Below are positions 52,810 to 64,000 of a stretch of DNA of 64,000 bases, piece after piece. Made by a program: the position numbers and the translations under genes. The notes under the pieces were generated by a model, which was not told the origin of the DNA, made no database searches, and was given only the letters and a program-made list of their open reading frames with translations. Source of the stretch: Seison nebaliae (lineage: Eukaryota); the NCBI GenBank assembly GCA_023231475.1, contig JALJEE010000928.1:1-64000 (forward strand), read 5' to 3'. The first letter of the stretch is position 1, and each line of letters opens with the position of its first letter.

Positions 52810-54593
52810 ATGGAAAAAACGATTGAATGGGATGGGACCGAATATAAGACGAACAAATTTATCGGAAAAGTTTAATTTAATTTAATTTAATTCATTCTAA
52901 AACCAAACTAGGGAAGTTTCGGCAAATGTTATTTATTCGATGGGGAACATGACACAAAGATTGCGGTGAAATATATTGAAATTAGACATCACTCGGCAGC
53001 AAGATTAGAGAAACTGACGTCAGAAGTGATGGTACAATCCAATTTGATTCATTCGAATGTCGTTCAATTATTTAACGTTTTACAAAAATCATCACAATTT
53101 CGTATTCTTCTCGAATATTGTCCGAATCAAGTTAGATATTATTAGAAATCAGTTAAATTCAAACTAGTCGGATTTTAGGATCTTTCTAAATTATTAGAGA
53201 AACGAAATAAATTGACGATAGTGGAATGTCGTTTTTTTATGAGACATATAATGGAAGGAGTGAAGTTTATTCACGATAAGAATTATGTTCATTGTGATCT
53301 TAAGCCAAACAACATTTTCTTGAGTGATGGTTTAATACCGAAGATTGGTGATTTTGGATTGATCACATCAATTTATGAAGATGAGCGACATATCGGAAGG
53401 TTTGTGATCTTGTGATGAATATGAAAATAAATTAAATTTTTATTAGGGGAAAAGCCGGAACGTCGACATATATGGCTCCTGAAATCATCAGAGATTATTG
53501 TTTCTCTTATGCATCAGACATATGGGCATTAGGTGTCATATTGTTAATAACTCTTTCTCTCTCTCTCTCTCTCTTTTATTATTTTTTATAGTTACAAAAT
53601 GTTAGATGGTCAATTACCATTTAATGGAACAAAATTTGAAGAATTATTCAAAAACATGTTAGAACCAAGAAGGCGGATAAGACGACGAGATGTGATTGAT
53701 GCAGAATTGTTATTAGATAAGATGTTCGAAGTTTCTATGGAATATCGGATAACATTACGTGAGATGGAGAAGGATGCTTTCTTCAAAACTCCAATTCCAC
53801 TGCAACTCCCATTGTCCGCATTTCAATCGATACCGACATTCACTCAATCTCAAATGAGAAAATCAAAAAGAAAACGGATGAGCGTGAAAACGAAATCGAA
53901 ACAATTCGAAGAATTCATCAATTGGATAACTTGTGGAGATGATGATAAATTGAAAGAGAATTTGAAAGAAATGAAAAAGGATCGATTAATTTACGTGGAT
54001 CAATGGTGGAAGACGGCGAATGGTTTATGTTATTTGTTGAATGATGGAACGAAAGGAATTCGATTTACAGATAACTCGATTGTTTGTCAATTCCCCGATT
54101 CGTCAGCCGCAATCACATATGCCGATAGAATGTTGCGAGAAGTTGAAATTTATCAATTCAATGAATTCTCTTCTGATTTTTTAACGAGAAAATGCAAATT
54201 ATTCCAAACTATTATGAAGAATATGAAATTCGCAAATAAACCATCAAATCGTTTTCGATCAAGAGTATTTCCTCTTGAACATTATTTATTGAACAACAAT
54301 TATCAGATATGGTATCTCAGCAATGGAATTGTGCAAGTTCCACATTATTTAACTTTCCAATATTTTTTATTTAATTTTTTTAGGTTTCCATCAAACACGA
54401 TTGGAAGAATACAAATACGAAAGAATATCTTCTCTTAATGAAAGAGAAGAAAATTATTTATATCAATTCTCATGACGAAATAGAAGATATTCTGATCAAT
54501 AGGTCCTTCGATACGCATATATCATTGAAATGTGCTCTCCGTTCCTTTGGTGAATTGATGAAAGATAAATGTTTCGATCTATTCAATTATTAA
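52810..54593 (+). CDS. Divergent polo-like kinase (6 exons)
   Basis: GKGSFGKC, IAVK, LLEYC, HCDLKPNN, KIGDFG, YMAPE; polo-box-like YVDQWW...GLCYLLNDGTKGIRFTDNS and LSNGIVQV. Confidence 0.8.
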
Positions 54594-54774
54594 TAATGTG
54601 CCGCGTCAATATTATTAATCGTTTTTGGAAGAGTTCTTTTGATGATAATCGATCAATGTCCATTCAAAGGATAAATATTGAAGCTTCAAATTTTAATGAC
54701 TGATAATTTCATAGGCAAATATTTAATGATATTTCCAATTACTGTTATATTTCCATGATATTCACAAGACAACC

Positions 54775-54788
54775 ATTTCCATGGAAAC
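54775..54788 (+). promoter_or_regulatory. RFX X-box upstream of TMEM107
   Basis: ATTTCCATGGAAAC, near-palindromic, ending 36 bp before the ATG of a transition-zone gene. Confidence 0.7.
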
Positions 54789-54824
54789 GATAAGAAAACC
54801 TCAACCAGATTTCCGAGGCATAAA

Positions 54825-55232
54825 ATGGGATTGGGTTATGGATCAATGTCAGCAATTATTCCAACACGCTTCCTCTGTACAATCGCTCATCTGATGTCAT
54901 TATCGTTGTGCATCGGATATATCGATGACAATCTTTGGTGTACTACAAGATCGTCAGCGGCAGCGACAACACTATCAACCGTACTGGCAATTGGAATAAT
55001 ATTTATTTTGTTCGAAATCGCGATCTACATCACGGGAATATCGATGTTCCTTATGATCCACTCTTTAATCTTGACATTTCTTCACGCACTTGGCTCTTGT
55101 TTACTTAGCGCATTTCTTTTCGATTGTTGGTGCTACGTACGAATATGGTGGATATTCATCTTATTCTCTTTACTACCCTTCGTAATGGAAATGATTTGTA
55201 TCGTTCGTTTTCTAATTAAAAAATCTAAATGA
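54825..55232 (+). CDS. TMEM107: Transmembrane protein 107 (ciliary transition zone; intronless)
   Basis: IPTRFLCTIAHL, GISMF, H..G...LS.F, W.IFILFSLLP...E; four TM segments. Confidence 0.85.
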   Translation: MGLGYGSMSAIIPTRFLCTIAHLMSLSLCIGYIDDNLWCTTRSSAAATTLSTVLAIGIIFILFEIAIYITGISMFLMIHSLILTFLHALGSCLLSAFLFDCWCYVRIWWIFILFSLLPFVMEMICIVRFLIKKSK

Positions 55233-55988
55233 TTTTCTCTTCTCTAATTCTCATTCATTAAAATATTTATCGATAAATTTTAACTAATTTCATTTGAAAA
55301 AAAACCATAATCTTATTTAGACGATTCCATTCCAATATGGATTTGGAAGTTGTGGGAGATAAATCACCAAAAAGTTTAATTGACATAATAATGTTAGGAA
55401 TAGAAATTATAGACATAAAATAATTTGAATTCATCTCAAAATAAAACTAATTTCATTCGACATCCGAATTGTTTGGTTGGATGAGTAGAAAGGACGATGA
55501 TAAAATGAATTAGGATAAATAACACTAAAATGAATCGATTACAAATATAATGGGAAATATAATGAGTTATATTGTGAAATGGTTAGGAAACTGCCAAAGC
55601 AACAATTGTTCTGTCGGAAATGTCTGAATGTGTCTTTAACGAAGAGTCATGCATTCAGGGTGATAAAATTGTGAAAATTGTAAGGAGGAATTTTTTTATA
55701 GAAAGAATAAAGGATATACATGTATATATATATATAGTGTATATATGTATATCGAGAAGTTATTTTCTCTTTTTTGAATGGATTGAAATAAAACGGTTGA
55801 AACATTAAAATAAAATTTATATATGAACTCTGAAAGAAGGTTGTGGGGGTGTTGATCTGATAATAATTGATATAATTGTTTCTCAACTTTAACAAATACA
55901 AATATTCAAATGAAGGAAATTAATAATCGAAAGATAATTTTAGTTTTACTTTTTTCTCCAATACTTTTCTAACTTCTCTTCTCGATCT

Positions 55989-58517
55989 TCATCGCTTATC
56001 TGGTCGTTCGGGAACGCGGGGAGGAATATATGGTGCTGCCTTGTTCGTCCGTGAAGGAATGGTTGGAACATCACTATTGCTTCCCGATGGAGCCATAGGA
56101 GCGTTGTTGCGTTTCATACTTGGCGATCGGTGGGTGGAGTCGGGACGAGGTGGAACAATTTTTTTAGACATTGGATTTAATCGTGCATTTGAATTCATCG
56201 AATTGTTCATTTGTTCATTCGAATTCATCCAAGACATGTCGACTTGAGGAGGAACGGGAGTTGATACAGTTTTCATTTGTACTTGATCAATAATCTTCAA
56301 TGCCTCCGTTGTACATTTATACAATTTCAAAAGTGACTCACGTCTTTGTGTCTCTTCCGGACTCTCCTCCATCAACTGAACGACGTTTCCGGTCGAATAG
56401 AGCATCGGAATAATTTCTTCTCCAATGAAATTTTTCAGTTTTTGGATAATGGAATGCATAATCGCTTTCGGCACCAAATCCTTCGTCGTTCGATTAACGA
56501 TCTTTTTGTACGAATCGACTAATGTTCGAATCGTTTCGATCTGTCTCTCCAGATTAGGCGACACTGACACTTCGTCGGCATTTCGACCATCACCAACACC
56601 TGAATCTCCCGAACTATTTGTTGGTTCGATCGTATTCTCTTTTGAGGGATAGACTCCAGCACGAAGGAATGACGCCTTCCAACCATCAATATCATCAATC
56701 GATTCACAAGTCAATTCCAATTGTTTATGATCTTTGAACACATTCCTCGAATCATTATAATAAAGAGCGAATGCATGCTTCTTACTCATGAAACCACCAG
56801 CATCGATATCTCTCAATTTCATATTGTCTAAATTAATCATAAATTTCTTCTCTTGTTCTGTATCGTCCTTGTACCATGATAACGATTCCGTCGTCATAAC
56901 GAACCAAAACGCTCGTTGTCCTTTCAAGAAACTACCAGACGGTATTCCCAACCATCCTTTCCTTATCAATTCATTACCTACTCGTCTCTTACCATCACTC
57001 TGAGCTTTGTTCGTAGCATTATTAAAACCGATGAAATCTTCATGATTCGTATTAATATATGACAACTGATAATCGACATATAAAAGCAAATTCGTTTTAC
57101 ACGTATCCTCCAATTGTTGGAGATGTGTCACGATAATTCTTTCTGTTTCATCTCTCAATCGTGGATATGAATGCATTTCATTTGTTATTTTTCGAATACT
57201 AATTCTTAATTCTTCCGTCACCATTTCAATACAACGAACAATCGGCGCTCGTAAATCCAACATCTCATTCTTAATTACTGCTTCAAATGCTTGATCTGGT
57301 GTGAATAATCCAGTTCGGACAGCGAATGTATTCCTGATAGTATAAGCGATTCGCCGTCGTAAATCTTTTTCGTCTCTTTCTTCTTTCACTAATTCAAATG
57401 GGAAACGTTCGTGGAATATTCGATTAATTTTTGCTCCACCAGATAATTCGGCCGTATTGACAACGTCGCCACTTCCTTCAATAATCTTCTCAAAATTTAT
57501 CGCTAATTGTTGGACCAAATGTAACATAGTTCGTGATTGATGTGCTGGATCATTAGGTTGTACATATTTAAATTCTTTCACATCTTTCTCTAAATCAGCT
57601 TGTTGTGCCAATAAATTGTTACGAATACCTGGCAACTTCTCTCGAATATGATTTGTTAATTGTTCATTCAATGTTCTCTGAAGATATGATGTTCCCATAC
57701 GAGACGATAAATGACGATATGCAGGATGTCCTAAAAAGAATTGTTTCTCAGCAGCTAATGCTGAAACGATATCTTTCCTTCCTTCGATATCTTGTTGACT
57801 TCGATTAACTACTCCAATATATCCGCGTCTTAATGGGAGAAGACGATTCTCTAAAATATCTCTTGCATGTGTTCCTGCATCCATCAAATCCAATTTAGTA
57901 ATAACTCCAATTGTTCTCAATCCTTGAGGATCGACTTCTTTCGCTAATTTTAATGCATCCGAATTCGCCAAATCACTATTTGCTGGAGTAACAGCTAAAA
58001 TGAGACAATTCTCTTGTGTAATAAATTCTAAGATCATGCCTCTTATTAATTGTTCGATATTGGCCGGTTGATCACCTACCGGCACTTTCGTCATTCCCGG
58101 TAAATCGACTAACGTCAAATTGAGTACATGAGGCGAAAAAACTTTCAAATTAATTGGAACATTCGAAACGCCTTTATTCTGACCAGTTGCTCGATCTGTC
58201 TCATCTTCAATCTCTTTTCGAACCGCATCAAAATCAGTTAACGGTTGTCCTCGTCGATGGAGGAATTCGGCATATTCCGTATTCGAATGTAATAATTGTA
58301 AGATCAATGGTCGACGTGTTACGATTCCATTACCACGTGGTAAGAAATCTTTTCCTACAAAATTCTCCAACACCGAACTCTTACCTGCACTCTGTCCACC
58401 GACGACAGCTATTTGAGGTAATCCCACTGGAAATTCACGACCAAGATTGGTAAACGCATCTTGCAATGAATTCACAATTGGAATGAGTTCCTCCATTCCT
58501 TCATTTTGCCACGACAT
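55989..58517 (-). CDS. DNM: Classical dynamin (GTPase-middle-PH-GED-PRD; intronless CDS)
   Basis: [26 protein letters not shown] domain (IRKGWL...LSWYKD...[12 protein letters not shown]), GED and proline-rich tail. Confidence 0.97.
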   Translation of the reverse strand: MSWQNEGMEELIPIVNSLQDAFTNLGREFPVGLPQIAVVGGQSAGKSSVLENFVGKDFLPRGNGIVTRRPLILQLLHSNTEYAEFLHRRGQPLTDFDAVRKEIEDETDRATGQNKGVSNVPINLKVFSPHVLNLTLVDLPGMTKVPVGDQPANIEQLIRGMILEFITQENCLILAVTPANSDLANSDALKLAKEVDPQGLRTIGVITKLDLMDAGTHARDILENRLLPLRRGYIGVVNRSQQDIEGRKDIVSALAAEKQFFLGHPAYRHLSSRMGTSYLQRTLNEQLTNHIREKLPGIRNNLLAQQADLEKDVKEFKYVQPNDPAHQSRTMLHLVQQLAINFEKIIEGSGDVVNTAELSGGAKINRIFHERFPFELVKEERDEKDLRRRIAYTIRNTFAVRTGLFTPDQAFEAVIKNEMLDLRAPIVRCIEMVTEELRISIRKITNEMHSYPRLRDETERIIVTHLQQLEDTCKTNLLLYVDYQLSYINTNHEDFIGFNNATNKAQSDGKRRVGNELIRKGWLGIPSGSFLKGQRAFWFVMTTESLSWYKDDTEQEKKFMINLDNMKLRDIDAGGFMSKKHAFALYYNDSRNVFKDHKQLELTCESIDDIDGWKASFLRAGVYPSKENTIEPTNSSGDSGVGDGRNADEVSVSPNLERQIETIRTLVDSYKKIVNRTTKDLVPKAIMHSIIQKLKNFIGEEIIPMLYSTGNVVQLMEESPEETQRRESLLKLYKCTTEALKIIDQVQMKTVSTPVPPQVDMSWMNSNEQMNNSMNSNARLNPMSKKIVPPRPDSTHRSPSMKRNNAPMAPSGSNSDVPTIPSRTNKAAPYIPPRVPERPDKR

Positions 58518-61165
58518 CCTCTAATCAAATGCTCATTTGTTCTTTTAAAATAAAAATTTCCTCGACACTTTTTCCTGTTTCCCCACCGTTTCCAATTAAA
58601 AATAATCTATTGAATAAAAGAAAGATCATTAATATTTCCATTCATTCTCTGAATAATCATATATTCTCTCAGGAAATTGAAACAATGAACGAACTGCAAC
58701 ATAAATGCATTATATCAGATGGAGAAGACATCAAATTATTATTCTATTGTCTACAAATTCTTATCAGTCGCTGACAGTCAATCGACAATTTGTAGGAGAG
58801 ATACTCACTTCAATATATTCATCAAACAACTCTCAATAAATTGTAAATTAAATTATCATAATTTAATACTAATGTTAATCAGTCACAAATATATGATTCA
58901 TATAAATAAAAAGAGTCAACTCGTCTCCTGGACATACAACCACACATTCATTAGACAACATCAGGAATTATTCAATTTGATAATTTGAACTTAAAAGACA
59001 ACATTACCTACAATCGAATAAAATGGAATTTTACATTAAAAATTTCTAATGAACGAGAATGATATAATGTCGATTGAAGAAAGATTATTATGTTACATGA
59101 AAAAATGAAATTATCATCATTATCGTTGAAAATAATATGGTTCGGTGTCTAATCTTCCGTTCGATATCTTTCTAGAAAGAATAATCTCATGAAAGAAGGA
59201 GGAATACTTCCATTAATTTCTGTAAGAGAATTCATTTCAGATCATACATCGAATTATGTAAGAAATAATGGGAGAATTGGGCAAAGTATTAATATTAATA
59301 ATAATTGTCAATGAAGGAATAATGACAGTCGAGCAAAGAGGAAATCCAGTAATATTAAAGGAAGTTCGCGCTAAAAATGACCTTCTGTCAACAATATACT
59401 TTGACTGTGAGAGGAAAGGAAAAGAAGAAGATAAAATAATAAAAATAACATATTCGAATAATTCAATACGCATGTAATCTTGCATAAATAAATAATATAT
59501 ACTTAATATGAATATTTACCGATTAGAATTTATGTAATTGAAAGAAATATTTATATTCGGGGAATAAAGAAAAATAATGAATTATTTCTTCATATATGTT
59601 TCATTTGTTCGATTTTATTTCAAATAAACCGGAATTAAAACCAAATGATAAACTCTAACTCTTCTATTTGTTCATTGTGTTCGACGGATGGAGATGGTTA
59701 ATGGACACTACACTTATCAAACATGAATTCTCTTCTTTCAGCATAACGAAAATAGAATGACGAATGTTTCTTTATTTAACGAATGGAAGAAGAAAGAAAG
59801 AAAGAAAGAAAGAACGATCTATTTACACATACAAACACACTCTCGCCCAATTTCGGAATATTATATTGCTGTTCATTCTACTCGGAAGTTTTCACAAGAA
59901 TAGAATAGTGAAAGAAAAAATAAATAATTATTATTTCCATCAATTCATATGTTTACGGATATTTCATCCCTATACGTGTGTGTGTGTATGTATTTATGAC
60001 ATGTCTTCAACATATTCTTATGAAGAGATGAGAGTGATGTATTAATAAATAATTATTTATTTCGCTTAACTTTTGGTCGGGGAGTAGGGCGAATGGCGGG
60101 AGTTGAATGAAGTCAGACTTTACCTATCGTTCATTTTTTTCTCTCTCAAATTGAAGAATGATTATTTTTCTCTCTTTCTCTCCACAATGATGTCCATTAT
60201 ATTTCATCCTTTTTCTACATTCTCATATTCTCCATCAAATGGAAATATATTCACACTGAAAAAAAGAGAAATTTTCTTTTGACCATTCAAATTTAATTCA
60301 TAAATAATTTTTAAATGGGAACGATTAAGAATACTCAAATTATTAATCGAACATATCATAAAATTTTAGGATGCATTAAATTAAGCGAAGAATTTCTTGA
60401 ACAGTTAAAAGAAAGAAAAGTTTAATGTTGTTGTTGTTAAAAGTCGATCTCTCTGTAATTGAGATGATTGAGAAATTCGTATATTCTTCGAATCACCTCT
60501 CTAACATTCGTCAATGTCATCGTCTCCCATCACAAATACTCATAATTGGTCGATCGGAATTTTATCGTGTTCATTTCCCAAAAGTTGTCCTGCTATTTTC
60601 TCTTTTTTTACACATGCCTCTCTTTCTCTAATTAGTTTAATGTGCCGAATATGTACGTTAATGATTGTTGTGCAATTATGGGAAGAACGCAATGACGTAT
60701 AATTCGCACAAGTTTTCTTTCAAGGCATTTTACTACAAAAACATTCCCTCATCGTTCAATCATCGAATACTTCCACAACAACTGAAATTGATAAATACAA
60801 ATTTGTCTCTCTCAATCCACAGACAATTCTCACATCAAATAAGAATAATTTGAGAAAAACAATAATTGTTTGAAGGTTTCCGAGAGAAATTAAGGAAATT
60901 AATTAGCTTAATTATTTCCATTATTTACTTTATTATAGTTCTTTATCATACTTCTATTCCACAATCCTTTTATTGAGCTTCCAATTAATAAAAATGTTAT
61001 TGATTTATTCATTTCATTCATTTTAACTTCGAAATTCTGGAGAGAATAATTGGAAATTTTAATAAAATAAGACTATATTGAAAAACTATAAATATGGTGA
61101 TTAAGAAATATTTGGACTATAAACTTTTAACGTCGTTCAATTCATCTAATTTATTTAGACGAAAA

Positions 61166-63429
61166 TTAAATTCGTTTAAGAATGACTGCAGATCTTGAAG
61201 GTAAATAAATTTTGAGTGAACATTTCATTCCATCAAATTCGCCTTCTTTCGCCAAATAATTATGTTTCGTATCTACACGACTATATCCTCCAAATTTCGA
61301 GTCATCACTTGATAAGATGATGTTGAAGTTGCCGGAAGAAGACGCACCAATTTGATAATCGGTATAACTCTTGTTCGGATGGAAATTGAAGCACCAGATC
61401 AATCGAGAATTTCTCAAACTGCCTCTCTCGAATACGATAACTTTGTCATTCTCATCCTTCCTACTAATAAACTGAGAATATTTAAAAAGAATTAATTTAT
61501 TGTAAATTGAATGATCAAACTTCTCGATTTTCGTCATTAAAGAATTGAAATTCCTCTTCCACATTCAACATACATTCGTCGAATTTGTTAAGGAATTTAT
61601 ATCTCAATAATTCGTTGTCAACCAAATTCCATTGTCTTCGACAATAATGATAAGATTCATTGTTTCCTTTCCTGGGAAAGTCGAGCCATTCGGGATGACC
61701 GAATTCATTTCCCATAAAATTCAGCCAACCATTCCCACCCAAACCAAAAGTCAACAAACGAATTAATTTGTGTAATGCAATACCTCGATCTAAAATCCGA
61801 TTTATTATAATATATCATTTGGAATTTAGTTGAACCTATTTCAATCGATGGACTCTCCATTACACTCATATTCGTATACATGAATTTGTCCATTAACCAA
61901 AAAGCGAGTGTCTTATCACCGACGAGTGCTTGATCATGTGATTCACAATAAGTGATACATTTTTCATCGAATCGTCGATTAGTTAACGTCCAAATCTTTC
62001 CAATAGAAAATAGAAATTAGACACACAAACAAATAAAACAAACTATATTTCCCATTTCCCATTGATCGTCTGTCGAGTGTTTGAGGAGACGAATCCACAT
62101 ATCTGGTATAGACATGGCGAGTCGATAATCGAAACCGATTCCACCTTCATCGATCGGAAGACATAATGTTGGCATTCCACTCACATCCTCTCCTATCGAA
62201 ATCATTTGAGGGAAAGTTCTCCTTCCTACGTAATGACATAACATGAGAAATATGATCGATTCCACATCGACATTCATCCCAAAATAATTGGGATAACTTC
62301 CAAATGTTTCATCAATTCCATGTGAATGATACAACATCGAAGTGACACCATCGAAACGGAATCCATCAAAATGGTATTCATTCAACCACCAATGTACATT
62401 GGAGAGTAAATAACGTTGAACTTCGATGTCGTTATAATTGAAGAGACGTGAATTCCATTGAGAATGGAAACCTCGACGATTGGCATGAAAGAAACAGTTA
62501 TCACTACCATCGAAACGGTTTAATCCGTCGTTTGTATTCGAACTCGAATGAGATATGATGAGATCTAATAAAACGATGATATTTAATCGATGACATTCAT
62601 CGATTAATTCCTTTAATTCATTCGGCTCTCCATATCGAGATGATGCGGCAAATGGTGAAGTGACTTGATAACCGAAAGAAGCATAATATGCATGTTCCAT
62701 TATTCCCATCAATTGAATTGTATTATATCCCTGTCTTTTCAAACGAGGGAGAACATTCTCTTTAAAATCACCATATGATGCGATTTTTGGTTGGGATGAA
62801 GATATGCCAATATGCGCCTCATAAATTCTTAAAGAATTTCTATTTCGTTCAATTCCTTTCATTCGTTCATTCTCATATTTCCATTCGAAACGTTTATCTT
62901 TTCCATTTATCTCATAAAATATTCCATCATAATCATTGGAATTAGTTGACGAACTGGCTTTCACATAACATGACCACGGATCAAGTCGCACTAATTCATT
63001 TCCCTCATTATCGATTACTAATAATTTAATTTTTGATTTATCTTTCAATTTCATCGAATCCATTTCCTCAAATTCCAATTCCCATTTACCAAAAGGTAAT
63101 TTCTTCAATTCATGTGATCGTTTGTTCCACTGATTGAAATCTCCAAAAACATATATCTGTCGAGCGTGTGGTGCCCATAGTCGGATGAAGATTCTTCCAT
63201 TTAATTCATTCCGTTTAATTCCATAAATTTTATGAGATTGAATGAAACTATCAATCTCTTCGATTTCTTCGATTCGTTTCAATGATAATTGGTAAAGTTT
63301 GTGTCTTAAACGAAAAGAAGAGAAAATGAAATAATTCTCAGTAATAATAATAAACCTTCTTTGGATCTCTTTCGAATATGGTTCGAGTAATTTATCTTTA
63401 AAGTTAAATATCGTCTCTGATAAGGTCAT
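61166..63429 (-). CDS. GBE1: 1,4-alpha-glucan branching enzyme (5 exons)
   Basis: [65 protein letters not shown]. Confidence 0.96.
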
Positions 63430-63749
63430 ATCTGATTCTTCTCTAATATTATTCCTTTTCCAAGTTTGCACGCTCTCTTTTCAAAATGTACCAATCAATT
63501 CTTTTTTCCAAAAATCTCTAAAATTCATTCATTTTGAATTATCTTAATCTTATTTGAATTCATAGATCTTTTCTCATTAATTGTAATTTGATTTTAAACA
63601 TTAAAATAAAAATTAGTTTGAGAAGAAAATTGTTGACTAGTTCGCGATAAGAGATTGAGAATGAAATGTGTTATTAATGAATTGAATTAAATTTTTAATT
63701 TTTAAGAAAAAAATTTTATTTTTCAGAAAATAAAAATTCGAATGATTAT

Positions 63750-64000
63750 TTATTTCTTCATTTTCGGTGCATTCTTCTGTTCGAAGGACACGCGTGAAGG
63801 CAAATTGATTCCCTAAAATAATTACAAGAAAATATTTTTGTATAAATACATTTAATGAGGAAAGAACTAACAAAGAATTCACACATTTTCTTTGTTTCGT
63901 CATCAATTCGGAAATCGCCGGTCAAAACTGATTCTGCCGGAACATAATTATCTCGAAGTTCTCGTTCTTCTTCTTGCAATTTAATCGAAATTCCTCGAAC
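63750..64000 (-). CDS. RPS17: 40S ribosomal protein S17 (eS17), 3' part; gene continues beyond the window
   Basis: [21 protein letters not shown]; one GTTAGT-TAG intron before the last exon. Confidence 0.92.

Noticed and set aside
53551..53573. (CT)n microsatellite in a PLK intron; also (AAT)n at about 2410-2440
   Set aside because: Ordinary simple repeats.
56041..58453. Several plus-strand ORFs antisense to dynamin (likewise opposite other genes)
   Set aside because: Shadow ORFs arising from codon structure on the coding strand; no independent motifs.
58529..61100. Short ORFs upstream of dynamin (and 44777-47122 upstream of snail)
   Set aside because: I/F/L/N-rich translations typical of AT-rich non-coding DNA, with no consistent exon chain. 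Probably UTR introns or regulatory DNA.

Overview
AT-rich, gene-dense eukaryotic DNA from a compact animal genome (snail, FAM43, DZIP1 and SNAP-25 families are present; the lineage cannot be fixed from sequence alone). Bases 1-5050 are transposon debris: MULE/FLYWCH pieces, a MITE and a Gypsy integrase with a candidate LTR. About 22 protein-coding genes follow: CHD1L, a SNAP-25-like SNARE, DZIP1, TIM23, ADAT1, PMM, two SLC16 transporters, FNTB, TBCK, FAM43, CGRRF1, snail, aminopeptidase P, a divergent polo kinase, TMEM107, dynamin, GBE1, part of RPS17 and several orphans. There is also one tRNA-Phe. The most striking signal is in the introns. Of about 80 short (roughly 40-80 nt) introns placed by hand, all but five start GTT instead of the usual GTR(AG), and in CHD1L a perfect GTAAGT must be skipped in favour of GTTAAA. 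This suggests a spliceosome with shifted 5' splice-site recognition. Other leads are an operon-like run of co-oriented genes (48 bp from PMM stop to ADAT1 start), RFX X-boxes at ciliary genes, a Sec9-like SNAP-25, a non-RD polo kinase, a snail lacking SNAG, and small orphan Cys-rich and beta-trefoil-like genes. Exon boundaries and counts are manual and need RNA-seq confirmation.
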